Virus record (IMG/VR): IMGVR_UViG_3300048687_000113
Location: 32,001-96,000 of that record
DNA: 64,000 nucleotides
Reading direction: 5' to 3' (one strand)
Source: a virus
The notes beneath the pieces were generated by a model, which made no database searches, was not told the DNA's origin, and saw only the letters and a list, made by a program, of their open reading frames with translations. Numbering within the stretch: position 1 is the first letter of the stretch; each line of letters begins with the position of its first letter. The translations under genes and the position numbers were made by a program. Shown here piece after piece: positions 1 to 10,169 of this stretch.

Positions 1-118
1 TGTAGCCGTATGTGCCTTGAAGCACCTGGATGTGGTGGCCGACGAACGCGGCCAGCTTCTTCGGTCCGATGCCGCGCATGTGGTCCAGGCGGGGCTTCTG
101 GTCGACCACGGAGGCCAT
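1..118 (-). CDS. Hypothetical protein, truncated by window edge (MASVVDQKPRLDH...)
   Basis: ATG at 118 with AGAAGGTG RBS; open to window start. Confidence 0.5.
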   Translation of the reverse strand, partial: MASVVDQKPRLDHMRGIGPKKLAAFVGHHIQVLQGTYGY

Positions 119-212
119 GGGGTCACCTTCTATATCGAGGGATGATGCGATTACGTCCGGCAATGACCGCGCGCGCCCCCGAAGGGGCTCCACGGACGCG
201 GCCGGGTCGGTG

Positions 213-710
213 TCAGTGCGGGAGGTTGTTGTAGAAGTTGCGCAGGGCCTGCCACTTCTCGCGGGGCAGCTCACTGGCGCGGGCCGTGTACCACTCGCCG
301 TGTGGTCCGCCAGGCATACAACCCAACCTGCGCTCGATGATCTTTCCGGCGTCCGTGAAGTGGATGAAGGCGCTGCCGTAGTGGTCCTGCTGGGTGCGGC
401 GCGGCACGAGCAGACCGACGATGCGGGGCGCTCCTGCCCACCAGTTGCCGTGATAGGTAGCGACCATCCGGACGCGGGAGATGTTGCGCAGAGAACTGTT
501 GCGCAGGAGCTTGCACTTGAACTCGTCCTGGGGCGTCTGCTGCGGGCGGCCGTTCTCCACGTGCGGGGCGCACTCACCGCACGGCTTGTCGGATTCATCG
601 GCGCCGGGTGTCTCGTGGTCGACGCCGTCGGGGTACTCCTCCGGGTCGGCCTCGATGACGTACTCGCGGCACCTGGGGCACTTCAGGTTGCCCTCGTTGA
701 CCATGACCAT
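213..710 (-). CDS. Hypothetical phage protein with two CxxC motifs
   Basis: CPRC and CGEC; RBS GAGAGG; GC3-rich codons. Confidence 0.7.
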   Translation of the reverse strand: MVMVNEGNLKCPRCREYVIEADPEEYPDGVDHETPGADESDKPCGECAPHVENGRPQQTPQDEFKCKLLRNSSLRNISRVRMVATYHGNWWAGAPRIVGLLVPRRTQQDHYGSAFIHFTDAGKIIERRLGCMPGGPHGEWYTARASELPREKWQALRNFYNNLPH

Positions 711-803
711 CTGACGTTCCTCTCGGGGGTGTTGGAGACGTGGAAGGGCCCGCTCGCCGACACGTCTGTGCCGTGACCAACGAGCGGGCCCGAATTGAGA
801 TCC

Positions 804-819
804 TCACTCGTTCGAGTGA
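804..819. promoter_or_regulatory. Palindromic operator TCACTCGTTCGAGTGA (BldM-box-like)
   Basis: Palindrome (7-bp arms, 2-nt centre) in an intergenic region; near-identical copy at 19974-19989. Confidence 0.5.
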
Positions 820-854
820 GGCAATAACAGTTCCTTGGTAATGGGGCTGACATG

Positions 855-882
855 AAAAAGCGGCCCCTTTGTGTGGGCCGCT
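855..882 (-). terminator. Rho-independent terminator
   Basis: AGCGGCCC/GGGCCGCT stem followed by a U-tract on the minus strand, just after the stop at 906. Confidence 0.7.
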
Positions 883-905
883 CGTGTTGTGGTGGCGTCC
901 GGGCG

Positions 906-1631
906 TCAGTAGTGCTCGTAGTGGCTTCGGACCAGGAAGAGGAAGTCGACCGAGAGGGTGTTTCGGGCGGTTCCGAGAATCTCGCCGTTGGCGCGGTCGA
1001 TGATGATCTCGTAGCCCGGCTTGGCTGACGATGCCAACACAAAGCGGGTCCCGTCGCGTTCGGTGTAGACGCAGGGGGCGTCTTGCGGGCAGTTACAGAT
1101 CGGCACCACGTCCAGGAGCTGGATCTCGGCCGCCGTGGTGGGGACGAACGAGCGGTGCACGAGCATCTGGCGCAGCATCTCGTCACGCTCGTGCTGGTCG
1201 CCGGGGCGTTTACGGTCGGCGTCGTAGATGGCGCAGTTGACGGTGCGCTCTGAGTCGGGCTCGCCCTTGACCGCGAACGTGACGCGGTAGCGGGTGCGGC
1301 CGTCGCCGGGTTCCGGCTTTTCGTGCTCCGCTGGTGCGTCACTGTCAGCGGGGGCCTCCGGCTCTGCCTGATGCTCCTCGAAGTGAAAGGTGTAGGAGTA
1401 GGCGACCTTCTCGCGGTCGGCGTCCAGGAAGTGCAGGGTGTCGCCCTCGATGCGGACCGCCAGTGCTTTCGGCCAGTCGGTCCACCACACGCCGTCCTGT
1501 GAGCGGGTGGCCAGCTTCTTCGTCTGCACCTTCTCCACCGTGCGCTCACCGGAAAGGTGCGGGTGCACGTTGTTGGTCACGCTCACGCGCTGGCCGGTCT
1601 TGATACGTCGCTTGAATGCAGCGAGGCTCAT
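906..1631 (-). CDS. Hypothetical phage protein (MSLAAFKRRIK...)
   Basis: GAGGAGG RBS, ATGA coupling with upstream gene. Confidence 0.75.
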   Translation of the reverse strand: MSLAAFKRRIKTGQRVSVTNNVHPHLSGERTVEKVQTKKLATRSQDGVWWTDWPKALAVRIEGDTLHFLDADREKVAYSYTFHFEEHQAEPEAPADSDAPAEHEKPEPGDGRTRYRVTFAVKGEPDSERTVNCAIYDADRKRPGDQHERDEMLRQMLVHRSFVPTTAAEIQLLDVVPICNCPQDAPCVYTERDGTRFVLASSAKPGYEIIIDRANGEILGTARNTLSVDFLFLVRSHYEHY

Positions 1632-1930
1632 TCCGATTCCTCCTCGATCTCTTTCAGTGATTCGGGCCCCTGGTGGGATTCGTTGGGGCCGGCAACGTCG
1701 GACCAGTGACCGTCCCAGCGCACGTGCAGCGGCCAGGGACACGCGGACGCGGCTCGGGGAAAGCCACACTTCGCGTGCCCGCACTCCCGGCCTGGACCGC
1801 CCTCGCCGACCTGCTGCTGCCACTTGTGCCGCTTGCACAGGCACACCACGACCGTGCCTATCCAGGTGCCCCAGTCGGTTTCGACGTGTGTGACGCGGGT
1901 GCCGGGGACGAGCCGAAGCGCGGTCTTCAC
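1628..1930 (-). CDS. Hypothetical Cys/His-rich protein
   Basis: GTGA overlap with upstream gene; CxC..H, CxxxxC. Confidence 0.65.
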   Translation of the reverse strand: MKTALRLVPGTRVTHVETDWGTWIGTVVVCLCKRHKWQQQVGEGGPGRECGHAKCGFPRAASACPWPLHVRWDGHWSDVAGPNESHQGPESLKEIEEESE

Positions 1931-2388
1931 GACTTGGTCGTGATCGTGAGGCTGTACGTGGTCTCTTCGGCCTCCAGGGTGCCGGAGCCTCCGGGGGCGC
2001 AGGCCACGCTCTCCGCGATGCCGGCATAGGCCGCGTCCTCGGTCTCCGCGCGGACCTCGACCGTCACGTGCACCCAGGAGTCCTTGGGTGCGTACCAGTC
2101 CTGGCACCGGTCGGTGATGCTGGGCGGCTCGAACCAGAACAGCGCCGACGCGGCGCCCTCCTTGGACTGGAACTCGGGCATGGCGATCTGCTGGCGGGCC
2201 GGGTCCGTGGTCCAGTCGGCAACCCAGCCGGCACCGGAGGTTTCGTAGACGTGGCCGAGGAGCTGGTCACTGGTCCAGTGCGCGACGCGGGCGTGCACGG
2301 CGTAGTGCTCCCGGCCCGGCTCGGTCTCCGTGAAGATGAAGTGGGGCTGGATGGAACCGCCGACGGGCGGCAGCGACTTGATGGGCAT
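1927..2388 (-). CDS. Hypothetical phage protein
   Basis: GGAG RBS, operon coupling. Confidence 0.7.
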   Translation of the reverse strand: MPIKSLPPVGGSIQPHFIFTETEPGREHYAVHARVAHWTSDQLLGHVYETSGAGWVADWTTDPARQQIAMPEFQSKEGAASALFWFEPPSITDRCQDWYAPKDSWVHVTVEVRAETEDAAYAGIAESVACAPGGSGTLEAEETTYSLTITTKS

Positions 2389-2394
2389 GGGTGT

Positions 2395-2646
2395 CTACTC
2401 CGTTCTGCCGGTCTCGACCGGCTTGTTGTAGCGGTGGAGGAACTGGGCGGCCCAGGTGCGGGAGGCGAAGCCGGGAACGCCGCCTCCGCTGCCCGGGTGA
2501 TCGCCGGGGAATTCGGCGACCCAATGGCACACGCCGTCGGGGTCCTGCCACACGACGCCGTACTCCGTGCTCGGTTCAGTGCGGTCGATGACGCGGTCCC
2601 CGAGCGAGCCGGTGTTTCTCGTGAAGGCGAAGGGAAGCTCGGGCAC
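2395..2646 (-). CDS. Hypothetical phage protein
   Basis: GTG start behind GGGGAG; fills operon gap. Confidence 0.6.
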   Translation of the reverse strand: MPELPFAFTRNTGSLGDRVIDRTEPSTEYGVVWQDPDGVCHWVAEFPGDHPGSGGGVPGFASRTWAAQFLHRYNKPVETGRTE

Positions 2647-2648
2647 GG

Positions 2649-3704
2649 TTACTCCCCGCTCGGGTACTGACGGGAGGAGAACTGGACCGTGGCCAGGGCG
2701 CCCCACTCGTCGATGACGGCGGCGAGCAGGTCATCGAACTCGATGCCTTCCGCCACGGTGAGACGGCCCATCTCACTTCCCTCGGCCGAGTACAGAACTG
2801 CCTCGGTCGCCTCCCGGTGCCAGATCGCGAACGGCATGCTGCCGCTGTCGTTGACTCGGTGGACGAAGTGGAAGACGAGCTGGCGGAAGTCCTCGCGGTA
2901 TGCCAGGTCGATGAGTGCCGGAATCCAGCACTCGTGCTCGCGGAAGTCGGCGACGCGGGCAAGTCGCTTGCAGTCCACGCACCGGAACAGGAATGCGCCG
3001 TGCGGGTTGTTGTTGTATCCGCGTCCGGTGTTGGCGAGCCGGTGTCCGGACTCGCGAAGGAACCGGTTGCGTGTCGGAATCTGCGCCTCGTGGTCGGGCT
3101 TGTCGGCGGCCCGGTAGGTGGCCAGGATCTGATGCAGCCCGTCCGCGCCGAAGAGCCGCTCCATTAGGCTCCAGACCGGTGCTCTCTCCCCGTCACGGTC
3201 GAGGTCGGCGAGGACCGTCGACCACACCTTCCATTCGAGGAGCTTGTCGCCCGTGAGCGGGTAGTGCGGGTGGTCGTCGGGCTTGTTGACCCCGGCCGCC
3301 AGGTCGTCGCCCACATGCAGCCTGATGACGGTCTGCCGGTCGACGTCGTTGAGTGCGAACAGCTCGACCTCGAAGAGCTGCTTCACCACGCGCCGGCCGG
3401 TTTCCTCGTCATCCACGTGCGTGGCCCCGGCGTACCGGCCGAGGTGCAGGATCTGGTGGGTGCGGCGGATCTCGTTGAGGACGTCGATCATGGAGTAGCC
3501 CCCGGTTTCAGAGTCGTGCACTTCCGCGCAGAGTTCGCAGATGTACCCGCCCGGCACCCGGTACTTCCGGGTGTTGGGAACGGGGCCGTGACCGTTGCCG
3601 AATGCGCTCGGGCATTCGGCGTTGGCACAGTAGAAATGGCTCTGCGCTTCGGGCTCGGGGCCGCCGTCCGGCCACTCAGGACCGACGTAGACGCTGCGCG
3701 TCAT
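2649..3704 (-). CDS. Hypothetical protein with Zn-ribbon-like Cys motifs
   Basis: MTRSVYVG start with ATGA overlap; CxxxxC, CELC, CVDC. Confidence 0.75.
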   Translation of the reverse strand: MTRSVYVGPEWPDGGPEPEAQSHFYCANAECPSAFGNGHGPVPNTRKYRVPGGYICELCAEVHDSETGGYSMIDVLNEIRRTHQILHLGRYAGATHVDDEETGRRVVKQLFEVELFALNDVDRQTVIRLHVGDDLAAGVNKPDDHPHYPLTGDKLLEWKVWSTVLADLDRDGERAPVWSLMERLFGADGLHQILATYRAADKPDHEAQIPTRNRFLRESGHRLANTGRGYNNNPHGAFLFRCVDCKRLARVADFREHECWIPALIDLAYREDFRQLVFHFVHRVNDSGSMPFAIWHREATEAVLYSAEGSEMGRLTVAEGIEFDDLLAAVIDEWGALATVQFSSRQYPSGE

Positions 3705-4318
3705 GCCGTCTCTCCGGCGAGCCAGTAGGTGTTGTAGCCGTACTCGAACCGGACCGGGCCGCTTGCCTCCCGGACCAGCTCGACCGCGCCGTGCCGGTCG
3801 ACGGTGATGCCACGGGTCAGATGCTGCTTGGCGCCCATCTCGGTGCTGCGCAGGAAGTGCAGCAAGTAGTACTTCGCCTGGTGGAACGGGAGCGGGGTGG
3901 TGTGGCTGCCGACAGGTGCACGGTGGCCGGCGTCGCTCTCCTGCCAGCCGGCCGCGAGCTTCGGGGCGCCGGCCACTTCGGGCCCGGCCCAGTGCCGGTC
4001 GATCGCTTCGCCCACGCGCTGCTCGAAGATCCGGTCCCACACGTACGTCTCGTAGGACATCTCCACGTACTTCTTCAGCGCTTCGTCGGCGTTGTCCGTG
4101 CCCTTGGGCCCCTCGAACCGCGTGCCGTGAGCCCACTCGCCGTCGCGGAATCCGTCGTCCACGGTCTTGCCGTTGTACATGCGCCCGACGTACCAGTTGT
4201 CGACGCCGTCTCGGCCCTCCCGGACTCCCAGGAACTGGCCGTAGAAGCGGTCGTCGTAGTGCTTTTGCCGGGCCTGATGGACGATCTCCCAGCCTTCTAC
4301 TCCGACCTTCTCGTTCAT
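3701..4318 (-). CDS. Hypothetical phage protein
   Basis: AAGGAGGAGG RBS, ATGA overlap. Confidence 0.75.
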   Translation of the reverse strand: MNEKVGVEGWEIVHQARQKHYDDRFYGQFLGVREGRDGVDNWYVGRMYNGKTVDDGFRDGEWAHGTRFEGPKGTDNADEALKKYVEMSYETYVWDRIFEQRVGEAIDRHWAGPEVAGAPKLAAGWQESDAGHRAPVGSHTTPLPFHQAKYYLLHFLRSTEMGAKQHLTRGITVDRHGAVELVREASGPVRFEYGYNTYWLAGETA

Positions 4319-4881
4319 GCCTCCTCCTTACTGACCGACTGGTCGGTCTGCTGACGTGGTGTGTATGGCTTCAACTCGTGCAGAGGCAGCCGCTTGGGGT
4401 TGCAGGGCGTGCCGCTCGGCGCGTAGTCGGTGCGCCGGCAGATTGCGTAGCCGGTGAGCGAGCCTTCCTCGGAGTAGCCATCGGAGTCCGCCTCCAGGCT
4501 CTCCACCCGGTAGGGCCGGCTGCGGAAACTGACCACCGTGCCGACCAGGGCTCTGAACTCGGAGGCCCACAGGTCCGTGGCCACCCACCGCAGAGGGAAA
4601 TCGATGATCTGCTCGGGATGGCTGTAGCCCCCGATCGCGTCCGGCGGTCCGACCCGGTTGATCACTGAGTCGATGACTCGGTACGAGGAATTGCGGGGGT
4701 TTTTGCTGGTCAGTTGAATCTCCAGCATTTCCGCCTGGCCCGCGCGGATTTCTGCTGCGTCCTTGGGCTCCAGGTCATCGATCGGCATCCGGCCGTCGGT
4801 GTAGGCCCCGGTCGGCTTGCCCTGCTTGATGATGCGCAGCCCTAGCAACTCCGGCCGCTCCGGCAGGCGTTCGCGCCTCAT
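4315..4881 (-). CDS. Hypothetical phage protein (MRRERLPE...)
   Basis: ATGA overlaps at both ends. Confidence 0.7.
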   Translation of the reverse strand: MRRERLPERPELLGLRIIKQGKPTGAYTDGRMPIDDLEPKDAAEIRAGQAEMLEIQLTSKNPRNSSYRVIDSVINRVGPPDAIGGYSHPEQIIDFPLRWVATDLWASEFRALVGTVVSFRSRPYRVESLEADSDGYSEEGSLTGYAICRRTDYAPSGTPCNPKRLPLHELKPYTPRQQTDQSVSKEEA

Positions 4882-5696
4882 GCGGCCACCGCCTGCTGCT
4901 GCGCGGCCTTCCACTGCTCGTACAGGGCGGCGGCGGGGGCGGGTACGAGCCAGGCGAACAGGTCGGCCCACTCCCGGTAGATCTCGCCCTCCGACTTCTG
5001 GTAGTACGAGTCGCTGGCCGGGTCGACGATCAGTTCCGGATTTGCGGTCAGCTTCTCGACCGTGTCCTGGCACATGCGCTCGGTGCACACGACCTCGTAG
5101 CCGAGGCGGGCCATCTGGTCGGAGCCGTCGCCGAAGCACTCGTCGCACACGCGCACGCGCTGCCCGCTGACCTTGTGGACGAGCATCACCCTGGCGCCCT
5201 TGTACGTGTAGCTGGCGCAGCGCAGGCAGTAGAAGTAGCCCTCCTTGTTCAGCGCGCCCCTGTGGACGTCCGACCACTCCCGGAAGACCTCGAAGTCGTC
5301 GTGGATAGCGGTGACTTCAGAGATCTTGGCCCGGTAGGCGTTCCAGTGCTCCAGCTCGATGTACGCGAAGGCAGGTCGGGTTGGCGTCCCCCGGTACCTT
5401 CCGCCGTTGGTCTTCTGGAAGTGGTCGATGCGCCCGTAGTGGTGCTCCAGGCGCCCGTCCTTCTGCTCGACCACGACGCGCACCATGTCGCCGACCCCGA
5501 ACGGCCGGCGGTGCGTGTCGACGGCCTGGCGCCACTTCTCCTCGCCGGCGGCCTCGAACCCGAATCCGGGCCCCAGGTCGTAAAAAGCGTCACGCATGAT
5601 CCCGGCGAGGTTGTACGCGTTGGGGTTTCGCCCCTCCTTTTCCAGCGTCGCGATAACCACCGCTCGCACAGCACGCTTGCTTCCGTATCCGTTCAT
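4878..5696 (-). CDS. Hypothetical protein with CxxC..CxxC
   Basis: AGGGAGGGG RBS before MNGYGSK; CLRC, CDEC. Confidence 0.75.
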   Translation of the reverse strand: MNGYGSKRAVRAVVIATLEKEGRNPNAYNLAGIMRDAFYDLGPGFGFEAAGEEKWRQAVDTHRRPFGVGDMVRVVVEQKDGRLEHHYGRIDHFQKTNGGRYRGTPTRPAFAYIELEHWNAYRAKISEVTAIHDDFEVFREWSDVHRGALNKEGYFYCLRCASYTYKGARVMLVHKVSGQRVRVCDECFGDGSDQMARLGYEVVCTERMCQDTVEKLTANPELIVDPASDSYYQKSEGEIYREWADLFAWLVPAPAAALYEQWKAAQQQAVAA

Positions 5697-5844
5697 GTTT
5701 CCCCTCCCTGATCCGCAATGAATGACGTGAGCGCCCAGCACGGGAATTTGTACCCGCCGATTACCGACTGGGGGAGAGCAGTAATCGCAATCATTTGACC
5801 GGGCCTGTTTCAACTAGCTTTGCCGTACTACTCCAGGCCGACGC

Positions 5845-6393
5845 TCACCACGCCTCACCGCCCTTGATGGCGTCGAGCTGGGCGGCGGCCAGGCCCGCAG
5901 ATTCACGACTCGGACCGAACCACTTCGCCCCCTGGTCCCACCGGCACACCCAGAACTGGCGCCAGCCCCGGTAGGCGAGCAGCCGGTACACCCTGCCGTC
6001 GTCGGCCGTGTACGTCTCCAGTGCACGGCTGTTGACGTAGTACTCGCGGTCGGGCGTGACGCCGGGCTTGTGGTCGTGGAAGCCGAACGGCGCGTTCGTG
6101 ATCCACGTGCCCTCGTGCGGCGGCTCGTCCTGTAGCCGGATCTCCCGCACCGCGTAGATGCGGTCGCTGGCCGTGGCGAAGCGCTGCTCGCCGTTGCTGA
6201 GCCGGAAGGCGTAGCGCGTGCCGCCGTATATGGAGGCCGAGCTGCTCGGGAGGATCGAGACGTCCCAGATGGGGATGAGTTCCCGGCCGGGCTCCATGTC
6301 GACGACCTCGCGCGGCACCCGCATGCCGGGCTTGATCTCGGCGGGGTGTACGGGCTCGATGAGTTCGGTCATGCCTCGAAGAGACCACTGCAT
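5845..6393 (-). CDS. Hypothetical phage protein
   Basis: GGGAGAG RBS before MQWSLRG. Confidence 0.7.
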   Translation of the reverse strand: MQWSLRGMTELIEPVHPAEIKPGMRVPREVVDMEPGRELIPIWDVSILPSSSASIYGGTRYAFRLSNGEQRFATASDRIYAVREIRLQDEPPHEGTWITNAPFGFHDHKPGVTPDREYYVNSRALETYTADDGRVYRLLAYRGWRQFWVCRWDQGAKWFGPSRESAGLAAAQLDAIKGGEAW

Positions 6394-6395
6394 GA

Positions 6396-6734
6396 TCAGC
6401 TCTCCCTGTTCTGTTCGATCGGCTCGGTTGCTGCGGCATCCGCGCGGGTCAGCGGGACGCCCATGCGCGCGGCTTCCTGCTCGGCCACGACCACCCCGGC
6501 GGCAAACTTGCCGCCCTGCCACGTGCGCGGGTTTAGGCGGTCCAGGAGCGTGTGCAGGTCGCCGGATGCCTCGGTCAGCGCGAAAGGCCAGGTGTACCCA
6601 ATGCCGATCACCTGTTCGCGCTCGATCACCAGCACGTCGCCGTCACGGATCTCGTCCCGGCACTGGACCGCGCCGTACGCCTCACCGGTGCTGTAGAAGG
6701 TCCACACCTGCGGCACACGCGTGTCGCTCATCAC
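6396..6734 (-). CDS. Hypothetical phage protein
   Basis: Operon coupling, codon bias. Confidence 0.7.
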   Translation of the reverse strand: MMSDTRVPQVWTFYSTGEAYGAVQCRDEIRDGDVLVIEREQVIGIGYTWPFALTEASGDLHTLLDRLNPRTWQGGKFAAGVVVAEQEAARMGVPLTRADAAATEPIEQNRES

Positions 6735-7303
6735 TCAGCCCCCAACTTCCGGAACTTGCCCGTGCACTTCGGGCAGAGCAGGTCCCCGTCCCCGTCCTGG
6801 TCCAGTTCGTAGAGCCGGATGTACGGCCCCTGCGGGCCGTCGCCCTCGACGCAGAACTGCCACCTGTAGGTGTCTGCGGTCTCGTACAGGTGGCCCCCGT
6901 CGCACTCGATCCACGCGGAGCTGAAGCCCAGGAAGTCCTCCGGCTCCGGGGCCGTGATCTTGAAGAACTCCGGGTGCTCGACCCTGCGGGGCCCGCTCGT
7001 CGCGACGTAATGGTCCTCGCCGAGCTGGAACACCGTGTAGTGGAAGTCCTCGTCCAGCCACGAAACGGTGTTCTGAGTGTTCTCGGTCTTCAGAGCGCCC
7101 CAGTGGGGCCCTTCGACCGGTACGCCGCGCCGCTCCAGCCAGGACAGGAACTGCATCGGCCCGTACGGGAACTTGCCGTGGACCTCGTACCACTTCTCGA
7201 AAAGCTCATCGAGCCGCACACACGGCTCGGTCTTGTCGTCCATCCACGCCTCGGTTTCGCCGATCACGGCTTCCGAGTCGATAAATTTCAGGTCGATTCC
7301 CAT
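6731..7303 (-). CDS. Hypothetical protein, C-terminal CPKC
   Basis: MGIDLKF start directly after upstream stop. Confidence 0.7.
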   Translation of the reverse strand: MGIDLKFIDSEAVIGETEAWMDDKTEPCVRLDELFEKWYEVHGKFPYGPMQFLSWLERRGVPVEGPHWGALKTENTQNTVSWLDEDFHYTVFQLGEDHYVATSGPRRVEHPEFFKITAPEPEDFLGFSSAWIECDGGHLYETADTYRWQFCVEGDGPQGPYIRLYELDQDGDGDLLCPKCTGKFRKLGAE

Positions 7304-7305
7304 GG

Positions 7306-8169
7306 TTACGCACCGTCCAATTCCTGGAATCCGATGCGGCCGTGGCAGGCCGCGCAGTCGCACGTCCACACGTCGTGCAGTTCCTCGGGCTTAAAGACCC
7401 CCGTCGGCGACCAGGGCGCCGAGTCCGTCTGCCAGTCCCAACGGACCTTGACCATGTCCGCGCCGCTGGTGCCGATCACGTACGCCTCGAACGTGAACGG
7501 CGACCGCGCACGTGTCAGGCCACCGGGCCGATCCGGCACCGCGTAGAACGGGCGTGCCCTGACGAGCAGACCGGCGTTGGCCAGCGTTTCTGCTGCGTCC
7601 TTGGCGTGGGTCACCGGCGGACCGATCGGGCGCTCTTCGCTGCTGAACGCCACGTACTTCGTGTACGTCGGGCCCTCGTCGGGGTGGGCGAAGGTTTCGG
7701 CCGGCACTTCGGCCGGCGCCGCCTCGGCCGGCTCGCCCTTCTCAGCCTCAGGATCGGGCTCGCCCTCGGGCTCGTCGTCCTCCGGATCGTCCTCGGGCTC
7801 CGGCTCGGGCAGCACTTCGACGTCGACCGACACCCACTTGAGTCCGCCAGCCGTGAAGCTCTCGGTCTCGCCGGGCTTCATCTCGTCGACGCGCTTCTCG
7901 ACCCACTCGCGCACCGACTCCATGTGGTGGTGGCGGCAGTCCCCGTACGCACGGCACCGCAGCGAAACCGGGTCGAGGACACACCCGCCCTCGCCGAAGT
8001 CCTCCATGCCGGAGAACGTGAGCTTCGGGTGGGCCTCCAGCAGAGACGTGATGGAATTCGCGACCGAGTCCGGCCACTCGAATTCCTCGGTCTCCCCCTC
8101 CAATAGATCCTGGCTCGTCTTGCCGCGAACGGTGCGCTGCTGGCGCCATTCCGTCGTTACACGGATCAT
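7306..8169 (-). CDS. Hypothetical protein with acidic Pro/Glu linker
   Basis: GAGGGGG RBS; EPEPEDDPEDDEP linker; CDCAAC. Confidence 0.75.
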   Translation of the reverse strand: MIRVTTEWRQQRTVRGKTSQDLLEGETEEFEWPDSVANSITSLLEAHPKLTFSGMEDFGEGGCVLDPVSLRCRAYGDCRHHHMESVREWVEKRVDEMKPGETESFTAGGLKWVSVDVEVLPEPEPEDDPEDDEPEGEPDPEAEKGEPAEAAPAEVPAETFAHPDEGPTYTKYVAFSSEERPIGPPVTHAKDAAETLANAGLLVRARPFYAVPDRPGGLTRARSPFTFEAYVIGTSGADMVKVRWDWQTDSAPWSPTGVFKPEELHDVWTCDCAACHGRIGFQELDGA

Positions 8170-8526
8170 TCATTCCCCCTCGGAATCGCGGCAGTACTCG
8201 CACGGCTTGTGGTGCAAGTTCTCGCAGTCCTCGTCATCCTTGGCGTGCTGGTCGATCAGCCACTGCACGTTCTCCTCGTAGTAGCCGAACTCCCGAGCCA
8301 GGGCCGCTACCGCTTCCACCTCCTCACAGGTCAAGAAGCAGTCGTAGTCGCCGGGAAGAGACCACAACACCTCGTCGCACTTCTTGAGGAAATTGCCCGC
8401 CAGTTCAGCTCGGACCTTGATCCTGCTGGCCGCTTGCCGACGGCGGTACGCCTTAACTTTTCGCGCTTGCCGCACTTGCCCCCTCCAGGGATTGAGCCAT
8501 TCGATTGACGGGATAACAGTTCTCAT
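8170..8526 (-). CDS. Hypothetical phage protein
   Basis: Abuts downstream gene; start uncertain. Confidence 0.6.
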   Translation of the reverse strand: MRTVIPSIEWLNPWRGQVRQARKVKAYRRRQAASRIKVRAELAGNFLKKCDEVLWSLPGDYDCFLTCEEVEAVAALAREFGYYEENVQWLIDQHAKDDEDCENLHHKPCEYCRDSEGE

Positions 8527-8532
8527 TTGCGC

Positions 8533-8587
8533 AGCGAAAAGGGAGCCGACCGGTGCAACACGCGCGCACCGAGGCTCCCTTTTCGCT
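8533..8587. terminator. Long intergenic hairpin / terminator
   Basis: AGCGAAAAGGGAGCC...GGCTCCCTTTTCGCT 15-bp stem plus inner CGGTGC/GCACCG stem. Confidence 0.65.
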
Positions 8588-8595
8588 CGGTTGAT

Positions 8596-9642
8596 TCAGT
8601 TGTCGTACCGGTAATGGCTCACGTCGGCGTACTTGTCCTGGACCCGCTTTACGAGTCGGTCCCAGGTCTCGTCCCACTGCCCGCGAACGTCCTCCGGAAC
8701 GTCGTCGTACCGGAGAACACGGCCGGGCCAGATCTTGACCCACTTCTTGTGTCCGTCGTCGGCGGCACCGTGGCCGGGCTCGTCGATGTACAGATCCACG
8801 ACCTCGTCGCCGTCGTTGTCGGTTCTCATCGGCCATGACACGACCGCCGGTATCAGCTCCCGACAGATATCGATCACGATGCGCTCGTCGGCCTTCAGCT
8901 CCAACGGCTCACCACTGGCACGCGATGAACGCGTGGACTCCCACCAGTTCTCGAACTCCCATGCGCGGTGATCCTGCGGGTACTTGGAGCGGAACGCTTC
9001 GGTGTACCGGTCGACCTTCGCCGCCCAGGTCTTGCGCTCCGCATCGGTGAGTTCCCGTGTGGGATTCGGTGGGTAATTCCACTGGCCCGCTTCTCCGGGC
9101 CGACCCACGCGCGGCGTGCGGTACTTGTGGTTGTACTCCCGGACCGTCATGCCCTCCGGGTAGTCGTTCATCTGGCTACCGGGTGCGGCGTAGCCCCGGA
9201 ACGCTCCGATGGCGTGGCGGAATGCCTCGGCGCTCATGAGGTCGATGTCCGCGCGCTTGTCGGCGAGCTTCTGCTGGATCTCGGGGTCCTGGCCCAGGTG
9301 TTCACGGGCCAGATCACGGATCGTGTTCATGCGCGGCACGTCGAAGGTCCGCTCGACCACCTGCACTTGGCCGCTGTAGAGAATCCAGGCGACCGGTGTC
9401 CCGTCGACCGTGACCGTGCACCGGAGCGCCGTGGGAATCACCGGCGAGCGTCCCCAGCTCATGTAGTCCAGGGTCCGAGCGTCAGCCGCCGCCACGTGCG
9501 GCGCATACTCCTCATCAGTGAGCAGGCCACGCGGGTGCTCGCAGGTGAGCACGGCCTGGTGCTTGAGCGTGAACCCCTTCACCTTGTGGTGGGTATTGAG
9601 TGTGCGAAGCGCGGCCACCGTCGCGCCGATATCGAGCTGCAT
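8596..9642 (-). CDS. Hypothetical phage protein (MQLDIGAT...)
   Basis: Long ORF, codon bias. Confidence 0.75.
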   Translation of the reverse strand: MQLDIGATVAALRTLNTHHKVKGFTLKHQAVLTCEHPRGLLTDEEYAPHVAAADARTLDYMSWGRSPVIPTALRCTVTVDGTPVAWILYSGQVQVVERTFDVPRMNTIRDLAREHLGQDPEIQQKLADKRADIDLMSAEAFRHAIGAFRGYAAPGSQMNDYPEGMTVREYNHKYRTPRVGRPGEAGQWNYPPNPTRELTDAERKTWAAKVDRYTEAFRSKYPQDHRAWEFENWWESTRSSRASGEPLELKADERIVIDICRELIPAVVSWPMRTDNDGDEVVDLYIDEPGHGAADDGHKKWVKIWPGRVLRYDDVPEDVRGQWDETWDRLVKRVQDKYADVSHYRYDN

Positions 9643-9785
9643 AAAGCCCCCCATTGTGTGTGCCGAGTTGCTGCGGCATCCGGGCCGACCCCACGGCCGG
9701 CCGGAGCGCAGACAGGCGTGCAGCGGGTCGCGCACAGCCACGGCCGGCCTGGGTACCGAACGGCACCGAGGCCCGCTGAAGCTGT

Positions 9786-10169
9786 CTACGCGTCCACCGG
9801 CCGCTCGTCGTCGATCGGCCGCTCGCTGTCGATCAGGTCCTGGATCTCGTCGAGCCGGAAGCCGAGGTGTCGGTTCGAGCGGTCGAGTGCGCCGGGGGCA
9901 CGGTGGTTGGCCAGCTCGTCGACCATGCGCCGCATCACTCCGGCCTGCTGGGCGAGGTCATCGGCGAGCGCGAGCAGCTTGCTGCTCATGTCCAGCCGGT
10001 CAAGGGACTCGCGGAGGAACGCGAGCGCATTGACGTCGATAGCGCCGGAGTTGGCGAACGCGTAGGCCAGGCTCTCGACTTCGCTCTGCACGAGCGTGAT
10101 CTCACGGCCGACCGGACCTTCGAGCCGGGTAAGGGCCTGGTGCTCGGACTGGAATGGGACGATGGTCAT
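9786..10169 (-). CDS. Hypothetical helical protein
   Basis: GAGGTG RBS, ATGA overlap. Confidence 0.7.
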   Translation of the reverse strand: MTIVPFQSEHQALTRLEGPVGREITLVQSEVESLAYAFANSGAIDVNALAFLRESLDRLDMSSKLLALADDLAQQAGVMRRMVDELANHRAPGALDRSNRHLGFRLDEIQDLIDSERPIDDERPVDA